DNA of 51,333 nucleotides. Origin: an uncultured Ramlibacter sp. Lineage in GTDB: Bacteria; Pseudomonadota; Gammaproteobacteria; Burkholderiales; Burkholderiaceae_C. Shown piece after piece: positions 9,793 through 18,768 of the stretch. The notes below the pieces were generated by a model, which ran no database searches, had not been told where the DNA came from, and worked only from the letters and a program-made list of their open reading frames with translations. The DNA lies in assembly GCA_964620025.1 (NCBI GenBank), contig CAZUJD010000001.1, positions 1-51,333 on the forward strand, in the 5' to 3' direction. How positions within the stretch are numbered: the stretch's first letter is position 1; the number at the start of each line of letters is the position of its first letter. Made by a program: the position numbers and the translations under genes.

Positions 9793-10383
9793 TTATGACG
9801 GCTTGGCCAGGCGCTGCAGCACATGGGCATGCACCGCCCCCGCCTTCAGGTGCCGCTGGCACCGCAGCCCCAAGGGGGCCAGGCGCACGTCATCCCAAGG
9901 GTCGGGCGCCTCCAGGTACACCTGCGCACCATCCGCCAGGGCCGGCAGGGCTGCACGCAGTGCTGCCTCGAACAGCCCCGCATCAAAAGGCGGGTCCAGA
10001 AACACCAGATCCACGCTGGCCGGCGCCAGTGCCTTCAGGCCGGCCAGGGCATCACCGCGCCGGACCGTGACGGCATCGGCCCCCAGGCGCGTCTGGATGG
10101 CGCGCAGCTGGGCCACGAGCGACGCGTCCTGCTCCAGCAGCAACACCTGCGCAGCACCACGCGAAGCAGCTTCAAACCCCAATGCGCCGGTACCGGCGAA
10201 TGCGTCCACGCAACGCCAGCCGGTCAGATCCTGGCCCAGCCAGTTGAACAGCGTTTCGCGCACCCGGTCGGGCGTGGGACGCAAGCCGGGCTTGTCCGCC
10301 ACAGGCAGGGGGGTGCGCTTCCATTGGCCGCCAATGATGCGTACCGTGTGGGCGCCACGGGTCGTGGAATGTCGGGTTGTCAT
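9793..10383 (-). CDS. rsmD: 16S rRNA (guanine966-N2)-methyltransferase
   Basis: 196 aa. VRIIGGQWKRTPLPV N-terminus, DAFAGTGALGFEAASRG SAM motif, VFLDPPF motif. Adjacent to coaD. Confidence 0.9.
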   Translation of the reverse strand: MTTRHSTTRGAHTVRIIGGQWKRTPLPVADKPGLRPTPDRVRETLFNWLGQDLTGWRCVDAFAGTGALGFEAASRGAAQVLLLEQDASLVAQLRAIQTRLGADAVTVRRGDALAGLKALAPASVDLVFLDPPFDAGLFEAALRAALPALADGAQVYLEAPDPWDDVRLAPLGLRCQRHLKAGAVHAHVLQRLAKPS

Positions 10384-10423
10384 CAGGCCGCAGCTTAACC
10401 GCCCCGGCCGCGCGCCGGCCTAA

Positions 10424-10999
10424 TCAGCGCCGGCCGTCGTCGCTGCCGGAGTCGCCGGTCAACGGGGCGAGGTCAGATGAGTAGATGCGGTCACCCACCT
10501 GCAGTTCTCGGCCCTTTTGCCAGGCCGCCTCGAAAGCGGCCAGTTCGTCGGCAGTGGCTCGCTCGTACTTTTCACGCGGCGTCTGGGGAGCCTTGTCGGC
10601 AGGGGCAGCCGTGGCAGGCGCCTTGTCAAATCCCTGTAGCTCTTCGTTCACACGCCAGTACACGCCGGCCACCACAATGCCGTAGCGCGCCATGGCATTG
10701 CGCACGATGTTTGCACCGACCGCCACCAGTCGCGCCGGCTGGCCCTCGGGATTGGTCAGGAAGTCGGTGGACAGGTCGATCATCACGGAGTACTGGTGGC
10801 CGCGCTTGTCATTGCGCACCACGCGGAACTTGTAGCTGGCCGACAAAATGCCACTGGACTGCATGGTGACCTTGATGGCCTCGTACAGCATCTCGCGCCG
10901 GAACGCCATGCGCTCCTCAAGGTTCATCTTGACGGGCGCCGTTTCCGGGCCGGACTTGGGGCTTTCCTTGGTAGCAAAAAGACTCTTGAGTATCGACAT
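10424..10999 (-). CDS. Hypothetical protein (191 aa), no recognisable domain
   Basis: Clean ORF with GGAGG 7 nt upstream of the ATG. Coding-like composition. Acidic, Ser/Asp-rich C-terminus. Confidence 0.6.
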   Translation of the reverse strand: MSILKSLFATKESPKSGPETAPVKMNLEERMAFRREMLYEAIKVTMQSSGILSASYKFRVVRNDKRGHQYSVMIDLSTDFLTNPEGQPARLVAVGANIVRNAMARYGIVVAGVYWRVNEELQGFDKAPATAAPADKAPQTPREKYERATADELAAFEAAWQKGRELQVGDRIYSSDLAPLTGDSGSDDGRR

Positions 11000-11150
11000 G
11001 TGCGGCCTCCGCCTGCGGGCTCGCGCCCCGAAAGGGGCGTCGGTGCTTGAACACCCAGCCTTTTATGTACTTGCACGCGGCGTATTGCGCAAGAATAACG
11101 CTGCAACAGTTACACAACATAACAACCTGCGCCGCAGGTTGTCGACTACA

Positions 11151-11320
11151 TCACACAGTGATGGCGCGCCCAGGCAAGGGGACCCAAAAAAATGGCTACA
11201 AAGGACTGCCTGGTGACAGACGGTCCGCTGTAGCCTGAAATCGCAGGCCGGGGGGGACCCAACCTGCGCTGCGAAGACATGATTCCCGGTTGTGGCGCCG
11301 CCGGGAGGCGACGTGTGTGA
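11151..11320. other. Structured non-coding segment (candidate sRNA or regulatory element), strand undetermined
   Basis: Long-range complementarity: 11151-11157 pairs with 11314-11320, and 11163-11170 with 11294-11302. These enclose a 42-nt hairpin (11194-11235) flanked by direct repeats CAGGC..GGGGACCCAA (11171-11187 and 11244-11262). No plausible ORF. Confidence 0.25.
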
Positions 11321-11368
11321 CAGCACCGGGTGAATCGTTGCGCACTATTTCGGCTCTGTGTTCCCAAC

Positions 11369-11388
11369 CCCTGTCAACTTTGACAGGG
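11369..11388 (-). terminator. Stem-loop just downstream of the M16 peptidase gene (8-bp stem CCCTGTCA/TGACAGGG, 4-nt loop), no U-tract
   Basis: Perfect inverted repeat read from the sequence, 17 nt after the stop at 11405. Confidence 0.3.
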
Positions 11389-11404
11389 AATCAAGGGTAA
11401 ACCC

Positions 11405-12766
11405 TTAGTTTGATGGCCGATTCACGCCGCCCACCACCACCGTGGCCATACGCTGGGGCTGCAGCTTGCGGGCGAAGGCAGCCTTGATGTCCGCCACGCT
11501 GACGCGGTCGACCTGCTGCGTCCAGGTGTCCAGGTAGTCCAGGGGCAAATCGTTCCACGCCATGCCGGAAATGTTGTCCAGCAGCTTGCGGTTGGAGTCG
11601 ATGCGCAGCGCAAAACCGCCGATCAGGTTGTCCTTGGCGGCGCGCAACTCGGCCTCGGTGGGGCCATTGGCAATGAAGGACTGCAACACGTCACGCGCCA
11701 CCTGGACTGCCTGGGCTGCCTGGTCGGGCCGGGTCTGCAGCCCGACTGTGAACGCGCCTGCGTGAAGCCCGGGCGAAAAATAGCTGTACACGCTGTAGCT
11801 CAGGCCACGCTTTTCGCGCACTTCGCTGGACAGGCGCGACACAAAGCCACCGCCACCCAGGATGTAGTTGCCCACAGTCAGCGCGAAATAATCCGGGTCC
11901 ATGCGGCGAAAGCCCGGCTGGCCAATGAACACATGGGCCTGCGCCGATTCAAACGGGATTGCCTGCTCACTGGGCTGGGTCAGTGCAGCCACCTCGCCCA
12001 CCGGCGGCAGCGGTGCACAGCGTTGCGGCGCGCTGGCTGGCAACCGGCCCAGCAACTGGCCCACCAGAGTTTCAGCCTGCGCCCGGCTCACGGCCCCCAC
12101 GATACTGACCTTGGCCCGGCAGGGGACCAGCATGCGCGCGTGCAGGGCCTGCATGTCAGCCACCGCAATGCGCGCCAGTGTCTGCTCGGTCACCTCGAGC
12201 CCGTAGGGATGGGCACCGTAAACGGCACGCGCATAGGCCCGGCCGGCAATGGTGCCGGGACGGGTATCAGACTCCTTGATGGAGGCCACCATGCGCTCCC
12301 GGTCGCGCTGCCAGATCTCAGCCGGAAAGGCCGGCTCGGCCAGCTGGCGTGCTGCCAGAGCGACGGCGCGCGGCAACAGGTCCGGGTAGGTCAGCGAACG
12401 CAGGCCGAAACTCATGCGATCGCTGCCGGCGCTGCCGCCAAACGATGCCCCCAGGTCGGCCCAGGCTTCGCTGAGGGTGTTTTCGTCCAGGGCCGGCTGG
12501 CCGCCGCGCGCCAGCAGTCCCTTGGACATCATGGAAGCGGTGACCGACGCCAGACCGGCCTGCCCGGCCGGGTCACGCCGGCTGCCTGCGTCAAAGTCAA
12601 TCTGCACATCCACCATCGGGATGCCCGGACTCTCGGCCAGCCAGACCTGGGCGCCATTGGCCAGCGAAAATTTCTGGATGGGCAGCGCGGCCTGTGCAGC
12701 CTGCAGACCGGCCAGCAGCATCAATGCGAACAGCGCACGCAGGGATTGGTTCAGTTTCATGGGCAT
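11405..12766 (-). CDS. M16 (pitrilysin/insulinase) family peptidase, probably the non-catalytic partner subunit
   Basis: 453 aa with signal peptide MPMKLNQSLRALFALMLLAGLQAAQA. M16-like sequence without an HxxEH motif. Directly downstream of the HxxEH-containing paralogue. Confidence 0.85.
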   Translation of the reverse strand: MPMKLNQSLRALFALMLLAGLQAAQAALPIQKFSLANGAQVWLAESPGIPMVDVQIDFDAGSRRDPAGQAGLASVTASMMSKGLLARGGQPALDENTLSEAWADLGASFGGSAGSDRMSFGLRSLTYPDLLPRAVALAARQLAEPAFPAEIWQRDRERMVASIKESDTRPGTIAGRAYARAVYGAHPYGLEVTEQTLARIAVADMQALHARMLVPCRAKVSIVGAVSRAQAETLVGQLLGRLPASAPQRCAPLPPVGEVAALTQPSEQAIPFESAQAHVFIGQPGFRRMDPDYFALTVGNYILGGGGFVSRLSSEVREKRGLSYSVYSYFSPGLHAGAFTVGLQTRPDQAAQAVQVARDVLQSFIANGPTEAELRAAKDNLIGGFALRIDSNRKLLDNISGMAWNDLPLDYLDTWTQQVDRVSVADIKAAFARKLQPQRMATVVVGGVNRPSN

Positions 12767-12775
12767 GCCGGATCC

Positions 12776-14179
12776 TCAGTGGCGCGAGCCGGCAGGTGCA
12801 GCACGGGGCTTGCGGTTCTTGTCGACTGGCTGGGGCCGCAGGACGGCCACGGTCAGCTGGTCGTCGCCGAAGTATTTGGCCGCCACAGCCTGCACCTGCT
12901 GGGCCGTGACGGCTCGCAGGCGCTGGATGAGTTGCTCGCCTGCGTCCAGCGGCAGGCCCAGCGCCCACTGGCTGCCCAGCTCGCGCGCCTGGTTCATCAC
13001 GGAATCAAGTTTGTACACCTCGCCGGCCACCCATCGCGTCTTGACGCGGTTGAGTTCGGCCTCGGTCACCCCACCCTGGGCCACGCGGGCCACCTGTTCG
13101 CGCAAGGCCTGCTCCGCCTGATCCGTCGTCTTGCCGGGTGCCGGTACAGCGTCCAGCACAAACAGCTGCGGCCCACGGCCCCACAGTCCGTTGTACGCGC
13201 CTGCGCTGTCGGCCACGCGGTCCGGCCCCTGCTCCAGCGCCCGGTTCAACCGGGCGCCTGTGTAGCCGTCCAGCACGGCAGCGAGCACGGTCAGCGCCAG
13301 GGCATCATCGGCCTCTGATGAAGGCTTAAAGGTCTGCAGTTGCGGCACCTTGAAGGCCATGCCCACATAGGCCTGCTCGGCCGGTGCCTTGAATTCAATG
13401 CGGCGCACACCCGCCTGCGCCGGTTCGGTGCGGGGTTTGCGGGCGGGCACAGCCCGCGTAGGTATGACACCGTAGTATTTCTCGGCCAGGGCCCGTACCT
13501 GAGCCACATCCACATCTCCGGCCACCACCACCGCCGCATTCGCCGGTGAATACCACTGCCGGTAGAAGGCGCGCGCATCATCTGGAGTCATGGCGTCCAG
13601 GTCGCTCATCCAGCCCACGATGGGTCGGCGGTAGGGTGACGCCAGGAACGCCGTCGCGTTGAGCTGCTCGTACAGCAGGGCGCGGGGATTGTCCTCTGTG
13701 CGCAGGCGACGCTCTTCCTTCACCACCTCCAGCTCCTTGCGGAATTCTTCGTCAGGCCACTGGTTGTTGGCAAATCGGTCAGCCTCCAGCTTCATCACAT
13801 CCTCCAGCCGGCCTGACGGAATCTGCTGGTAATAGCCGGTGTAGTCACGCGCGGTAAAGGCGTTTTCACGCCCACCCAGCGCAGCCACACGGCGCGAGAA
13901 CTCACCCACACCCACAGCGGGCGTGCCCTTGAACAGCATGTGTTCCAGCACATGGGCCACCCCGCTGGTTCCGTCCACCTCATCCATGGCGCCCACACGC
14001 ACCCACAGCATGTGCACGGCTGTAGGCGCGCGCCGGTCGGGTTTGACGATGAGGGTCATGCCATTGGCCAGCATGAATTGCTGGGCTTTGCCAGCGGTCT
14101 GGGCGCTCGCGGCGGGGGCAAAGACCGGTGGCAATACAAGGCAAACGAGGGTCAGCAGGCGTTGCAGGGTGTGTTTCAT
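12776..14179 (-). CDS. M16 family zinc peptidase (catalytic, HxxEH)
   Basis: Start set at ATG 14179 inside the over-long ORF 12776-16234. Signal peptide MKHTLQRLLTLVCLVLPPVFAPAASA. Inverted zinc motif HVLEH in GVAHVLEHMLFKGT. Confidence 0.88.
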   Translation of the reverse strand: MKHTLQRLLTLVCLVLPPVFAPAASAQTAGKAQQFMLANGMTLIVKPDRRAPTAVHMLWVRVGAMDEVDGTSGVAHVLEHMLFKGTPAVGVGEFSRRVAALGGRENAFTARDYTGYYQQIPSGRLEDVMKLEADRFANNQWPDEEFRKELEVVKEERRLRTEDNPRALLYEQLNATAFLASPYRRPIVGWMSDLDAMTPDDARAFYRQWYSPANAAVVVAGDVDVAQVRALAEKYYGVIPTRAVPARKPRTEPAQAGVRRIEFKAPAEQAYVGMAFKVPQLQTFKPSSEADDALALTVLAAVLDGYTGARLNRALEQGPDRVADSAGAYNGLWGRGPQLFVLDAVPAPGKTTDQAEQALREQVARVAQGGVTEAELNRVKTRWVAGEVYKLDSVMNQARELGSQWALGLPLDAGEQLIQRLRAVTAQQVQAVAAKYFGDDQLTVAVLRPQPVDKNRKPRAAPAGSRH

Positions 14180-14207
14180 AGAATCGTGTGATTCAAAAAA
14201 GCCTCCA

Positions 14208-15248
14208 ATGTTCAGTTTCTTCCGGAAAAAGCCGCCAGTTCCCGCGCCTGCCGAACCGGCTGGCGCTGCGCCCGAGATCGGTAGCGCGCTGGCCGCGCCC
14301 ATTGAAGTACCCGTCCCCGCCCAGCCCCCTGCCGCGGCCGTCCCGCCTGCACGCGAGCGCTGGCTGGACAAACTCAGCGCCGGTCTGCGCAAAACGGGCG
14401 CCAGCATCTCGTCAGTGTTTACCGGCGCCCGCATTGATGACGATCTGTACGACGAGCTGGAGACCGCCCTCCTGATGGCGGACACCGGCGTCAAGGCCAC
14501 CCGGCAATTGCTGGACGAAGTGAAACGCCGCGTGAAAGACAGCGGTGCAACAAACCCGGTGCAGGTGCGCAACCTGCTGATTGAATCGCTGGCCGCCCTG
14601 CTCAAGCCGCTGGAAAAACCACTGGTGATTGGCGCGCACCAGCCCACGGTGATCATGGTCGCAGGCGTCAACGGCGCCGGCAAGACCACGTCCATCGGCA
14701 AGCTCACCAGACACCTCTCGGGCGAGGGTGCTTCAGTGCTGCTGGCTGCCGCAGATACCTTTCGCGCGGCGGCCCGGGAGCAACTGGGCGTGTGGGCCGA
14801 CCGCAATACTGTCGAGATCATCAGCCAGGAAGGCGGCGATCCGGCCGCCGTGAGTTTTGATGCAGTGACCGCCGGCCGTGCACGCGGCAAGGACGTGGTG
14901 CTGGTGGACACAGCCGGGCGCCTGCCCACCCAGATGCACCTGATGGACGAACTTCGCAAGATCAAGCGTGTGGTCACCAAGGCCCAGGACACGGCCCCCC
15001 ACGAAGTACTTCTGGTCATTGACGGCAATACTGGCCAGAACGCGGTGACCCAGGTCAAGGCATTTGACGATGCGCTCGGCCTGACCGGCCTGATCGTCAC
15101 CAAGCTGGACGGCACGGCCAAGGGCGGCGTGCTGGCCGCCATCTCGCAGGAGCGCCCCATCCCTGTGTACTTCATCGGTGTGGGTGAAAAACTGGAAGAC
15201 CTGGAAACCTTCAACGCGAGGGAATTCGCCCAGGCCCTGCTGGCCTGA
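14208..15248 (+). CDS. ftsY: Signal recognition particle receptor FtsY
   Basis: Start at ATG 14208 (MFSFFRKK...). Pro/Ala-rich N-terminal region. SRP GTPase motifs GVNGAGKTT, DTAGR, TKLD. Confidence 0.93.
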   Translation: MFSFFRKKPPVPAPAEPAGAAPEIGSALAAPIEVPVPAQPPAAAVPPARERWLDKLSAGLRKTGASISSVFTGARIDDDLYDELETALLMADTGVKATRQLLDEVKRRVKDSGATNPVQVRNLLIESLAALLKPLEKPLVIGAHQPTVIMVAGVNGAGKTTSIGKLTRHLSGEGASVLLAAADTFRAAAREQLGVWADRNTVEIISQEGGDPAAVSFDAVTAGRARGKDVVLVDTAGRLPTQMHLMDELRKIKRVVTKAQDTAPHEVLLVIDGNTGQNAVTQVKAFDDALGLTGLIVTKLDGTAKGGVLAAISQERPIPVYFIGVGEKLEDLETFNAREFAQALLA

Positions 15249-15307
15249 GGTAAGAACATCCGCCGCGGGACGACGCACGTATTGCAAGCAGCTTTCCCGA
15301 ATCGACC

Positions 15308-16513
15308 ATGAATCACTCCCCCTTGCTGTCGCGCCGTCAGACTCTGGCCCTGATCGCCGCTTCGGCGGCCGCGCCCTTGCGGGCTCAAAGCCCCGCCTGG
15401 AGCGCCATTGAAGCCCGCGCCCGCGGGCAAAAGGTGTACTTCAACGCCTGGGGCGGCAGCGACCGCACCAACGCCTACATCCAGTGGGCGGCCGCTGAAA
15501 TCAGCTCGCGCTACGGCGTGCTGGTGGAACACGTGAAGCTCACCGATACAGCGGAGGCCGTGAAACGTGTACGCAGTGAGAAGGCCGCGGGCAAGCTCAC
15601 CGGCGGCACGGTGGACGCCGTGTGGATCAATGGCGAGAACTTCCTCACACTCAAGCGTGAAGGCCTGCTGTTTGGCCCCTTTGCTGAAAGCCTGCCGAAC
15701 TTCCAGTTCGTGGACACCGTGGGCAAGCCCACCACGCGCATGGATTTTTCCGAGCCGGTGGACGGCCTGGAAGCCCCCTGGGGCATGGCCCAGTTCACGC
15801 TGTACGCCGACCGCAAGCGGGTACCGGTACCGCCGCGCAGCATGGCTGCCTTGCTGGAATTCGCCCGGGCCAACCCCGGGCGCCTGAGTTACCCGCGTCC
15901 GCCGGCTTTTGTGGGCACCACCTTCCTGAAGCAGGCACTCGTGGAGTTGAACACCGACCGCGCGGCACTGTACAAGCCGGTGACACCTGAGGCACTGGCA
16001 GGCGCCACCACGCCGCTGTGGTCGTACCTGGACGCCCTGCACCCGCACCTGTGGCGCGCTGGCCGGCAATTTCCGGCCAGCCCCGCGGCCATCCGCCAGA
16101 TGGTCGCTGACGGTGAACTGATGATCGCCCTGAGCTTCAACCCGAATGAAGCAGCCAATGAAATCGCCGCCAGGCGCCAGGCCGACACCGTGTACGCCTG
16201 GCAGATGGCGGGCGGAGCCATAGGCAACACCCACTTTCTGGCCATTCCATTCAATGCCAGTGCCAAAGAGGGGGCGCAGGTGTTCATCAACTTCATGATG
16301 TCAGCCCAGGCACAGTCGCGAAAGGCGGACATCACCGTCTGGGGCGACCCGACCGTGCTGGCTCTGGACAAGCTGCCCGCCGCTGAACGCGCGCGCTTTG
16401 GCAGCAAGCCCGCTGCCGGGCAGCTGGAACAGACGGCTCCGGTGATCCTGGAGCCGCACGGCAGCTGGGTGGACCCGCTGGAACGTGAATGGCTGCGGCG
16501 CTACGGGCAGTAG
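15308..16513 (+). CDS. ABC transporter periplasmic binding protein, YnjB-like
   Basis: 401 aa. Tat-like signal MNHSPLLSRRQTLALIAASAAAPLRA. Similarity to the YnjB family is from memory. Followed by a matching permease and ATPase. Confidence 0.75.
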   Translation: MNHSPLLSRRQTLALIAASAAAPLRAQSPAWSAIEARARGQKVYFNAWGGSDRTNAYIQWAAAEISSRYGVLVEHVKLTDTAEAVKRVRSEKAAGKLTGGTVDAVWINGENFLTLKREGLLFGPFAESLPNFQFVDTVGKPTTRMDFSEPVDGLEAPWGMAQFTLYADRKRVPVPPRSMAALLEFARANPGRLSYPRPPAFVGTTFLKQALVELNTDRAALYKPVTPEALAGATTPLWSYLDALHPHLWRAGRQFPASPAAIRQMVADGELMIALSFNPNEAANEIAARRQADTVYAWQMAGGAIGNTHFLAIPFNASAKEGAQVFINFMMSAQAQSRKADITVWGDPTVLALDKLPAAERARFGSKPAAGQLEQTAPVILEPHGSWVDPLEREWLRRYGQ

Positions 16514-18147
16514 CCCGGCGCGCGCTGTGGCTGCCCGCCCTGCTGGCGCTGCTGGCGGCCGTGCCCGTGGGCTGGGCGGCCTTGTTGGCAGCTGGCGCGG
16601 CGCTGAACGTGCAGGCCTGGCAAGACCTGTGGCTGCAACCCCAATGGCCGCGTGCCCTGGCCATCACGCTGTGGACAGGCCTGGCCGCCACCGCGTTGTC
16701 GGTGGTGCTGACGGCCTGGGTGCTGTCGCGCAGCTTTCCCGGGGCGTTGTGGCAGCGCGTGGTCCAGTCCCTGCCGCCCATGCTGGCCGTGCCGCATGCG
16801 GCGTTTGCGATCGGCCTGGCCTTCCTGATCGCGCCCAGCGGCTGGCTGCTGCGCGCCGTGTCGCCCTGGGCCACCGGCTTTGACGCACCGCCCCCCTGGC
16901 CCACCACGCAGGACCCCTGGGGCCTGGGACTGATCGCCGTGCTGGTGGCCAAGGAGGTTCCCTTCCTGTTGTGGGCCGCAGCCACCGAGCTGCAGCGCGC
17001 CGACACAGGTGCACGCTGGGCGCGCGAACTGGACGCGGCCCGCAGCATGGGCTATGCGACTCAGCATGCCTGGTGGCGCGTACTGTGGCCCCAGCTGTGG
17101 CCTCGGCTGTGGGCACCGCTGGTGGCGGTGCTGGCGTACAGCCTGACCGTCGTTGACATAGCACTGGTCATCGGCCCGCAAAACCCGCCCACCCTGGCCG
17201 TGCTGTCCTGGCAGTGGCTGCTTGACGCCGATGCCGCTGTCAATGCCCGGGGGGCTGCCGCGGCCTGGTTGCTGGCCGCCGTGGTGGCCGGACTGGCCAC
17301 TGCGCTGTGGACGCTGCGCCATGCCTCACCCTGGCGGGCGCGATGGACCGCGGGAGACCGGGGAAACAACAGGGGCCAAACAGCGCCCCGCGGATTCCCG
17401 CTGCTGGCACTGGCCGCGCTGTACGGCGGCGTGATGCTGGCACTGGCTGCTGGCAGCCTGGCCGGCGCCTGGCCGTTCCCGCAGCTATGGCCACAGGTGT
17501 GGAGCCTGCAGGCCTGGCAATCCGTGATGTCCAGCGCCGGTACCTTGTGGACCACGCTGGCCCTGGCCGCGATCAGCGCAAGCACCGCACTGGTATGGGC
17601 CGTTGCCTGGCTGGAATACGCGCCGCCGGCCTGGGACGCCCGGTTGCGCAGGCTGGTGTACTTGCCGCTGCTGCTGCCGACGGTGCTGTGGGTGGTCGGT
17701 CTGCACCGTCTGGCGCTGGCGTGGAACCTGGATGCGCGTTTTGCCGGCCTGTGGCTGGCCCACAGCCTGGCTGCGCTGCCGTATGTGCTGATCGCCCTGA
17801 GCCCGGCCTACCTGGGCTTTGACGCCCGGTATGCGCAAATCGCCGCGACACTGCGACAAAGCCGCCTGGCATTCCTGGTACGCATCAAGTGGCCCCTGCT
17901 GCGCGCATCCTTGCTGGCTGCACTGGCCGTGGGTTTTGCCGTCAGCGTGGCGCAGTATCTGCCCACCCTGTTTGTCGGTGGCGGGCGCTTCAACACCGTG
18001 ACGACCGAGGCCGTCACGCTGGCCAGTGGTGCCCAGCGCACACTGACGGCAGCCTATGCCTGGTTGCAGTGGCTGCTGCCCGCCCTGGCGTTTGCGCTGG
18101 CAGCCTGGGCCGGCAAGCCCAGAAGGTTTGCAAGGAGCGACGCATGA
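16489..18147 (+). CDS. ABC transporter permease, YnjC-like (duplicated, two permease modules in one chain)
   Basis: 552 aa, very hydrophobic, about 12 predicted TM segments. Located between the SBP and the ATPase. Confidence 0.75.
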   Translation: MAAALRAVARRALWLPALLALLAAVPVGWAALLAAGAALNVQAWQDLWLQPQWPRALAITLWTGLAATALSVVLTAWVLSRSFPGALWQRVVQSLPPMLAVPHAAFAIGLAFLIAPSGWLLRAVSPWATGFDAPPPWPTTQDPWGLGLIAVLVAKEVPFLLWAAATELQRADTGARWARELDAARSMGYATQHAWWRVLWPQLWPRLWAPLVAVLAYSLTVVDIALVIGPQNPPTLAVLSWQWLLDADAAVNARGAAAAWLLAAVVAGLATALWTLRHASPWRARWTAGDRGNNRGQTAPRGFPLLALAALYGGVMLALAAGSLAGAWPFPQLWPQVWSLQAWQSVMSSAGTLWTTLALAAISASTALVWAVAWLEYAPPAWDARLRRLVYLPLLLPTVLWVVGLHRLALAWNLDARFAGLWLAHSLAALPYVLIALSPAYLGFDARYAQIAATLRQSRLAFLVRIKWPLLRASLLAALAVGFAVSVAQYLPTLFVGGGRFNTVTTEAVTLASGAQRTLTAAYAWLQWLLPALAFALAAWAGKPRRFARSDA

Positions 18148-18764
18148 GCCTGCGGATCGAGGTACGCAGCCTGGCCCTGGGTACAACCAGGCTGGTGCAC
18201 GGCCTGCAACTGGATGTACCGCCCGGCAGGGTCCATACGGTGATGGGCGACAGCGGTTCCGGCAAATCCAGCCTGCTGGCGGCCGTGTGCGGCACGCTGG
18301 CACCCGCGTTCAGCTTTGAAGGCCACATCACGCTCAACGGCCGGCGCATCGATACGCTGCCAACCGAAGCGCGGCGCGTGGGCATCCTGTTTCAGGACGA
18401 CTTGCTGTTCGCCCACATGACCGTGCGCGAAAACCTGCTGTTTGCCGTACCACCCGGACCGCGCGGCCTGCGGGAGGCCGCCGTCGCGCAGGCCCTGGCC
18501 GACCTTGAAATGCCGGGCTTTGCCCATGCGGACCCGGCCACGCTGTCTGGCGGACAGCGGGCCCGCGTGTCGCTCATGCGGGCCTTGCTGGCGCAGCCCG
18601 GGGCCCTGTTGCTGGACGAACCTTTTTCACGGCTGGATGCGGCATTGCGCCAGCGCATGCGTGATTTCGTGTTCGACACAGTGCGCCAGCGCGCCATCCC
18701 GGCGTTGCTGGTCACACATGACCAGGCGGACGTGGCAGACCCTGCGAGCCTGACGCGTCTTTAG
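18144..18764 (+). CDS. ABC transporter ATP-binding protein, YnjD-like
   Basis: Start at ATG 18144 (ATGA overlap). Walker A GDSGSGKSS, signature LSGGQRARV, Walker B LLLDEPFSRLD. Confidence 0.88.
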   Translation: MSLRIEVRSLALGTTRLVHGLQLDVPPGRVHTVMGDSGSGKSSLLAAVCGTLAPAFSFEGHITLNGRRIDTLPTEARRVGILFQDDLLFAHMTVRENLLFAVPPGPRGLREAAVAQALADLEMPGFAHADPATLSGGQRARVSLMRALLAQPGALLLDEPFSRLDAALRQRMRDFVFDTVRQRAIPALLVTHDQADVADPASLTRL

Positions 18765-18768
18765 GCCC

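Noticed and set aside
11040-11404. Assignment of the structured intergenic region to 6S RNA, SRP (4.5S) RNA, RNase P RNA, tmRNA or a tRNA.
   Set aside because: I could not find the SRP GGAA tetraloop-domain sequence, the RNase P GAGGAAAGUCC motif, a tRNA cloverleaf or a convincing 6S central bubble. A short resemblance (TGTGGCGCCGCCGGG versus E. coli 6S UGUGGCGCUCCGCGG) sits in the wrong position relative to the available space. It is kept only as an unclassified candidate.
14180-16234. The 1152-aa ORF 12776-16234(-), which suggests a giant M16 peptidase.
   Set aside because: Only the C-terminal 467 aa (from ATG 14179, with a signal peptide and HVLEH) is peptidase-like. The upstream part is antisense to ftsY and the YnjB-like gene, both of which have unambiguous motifs.
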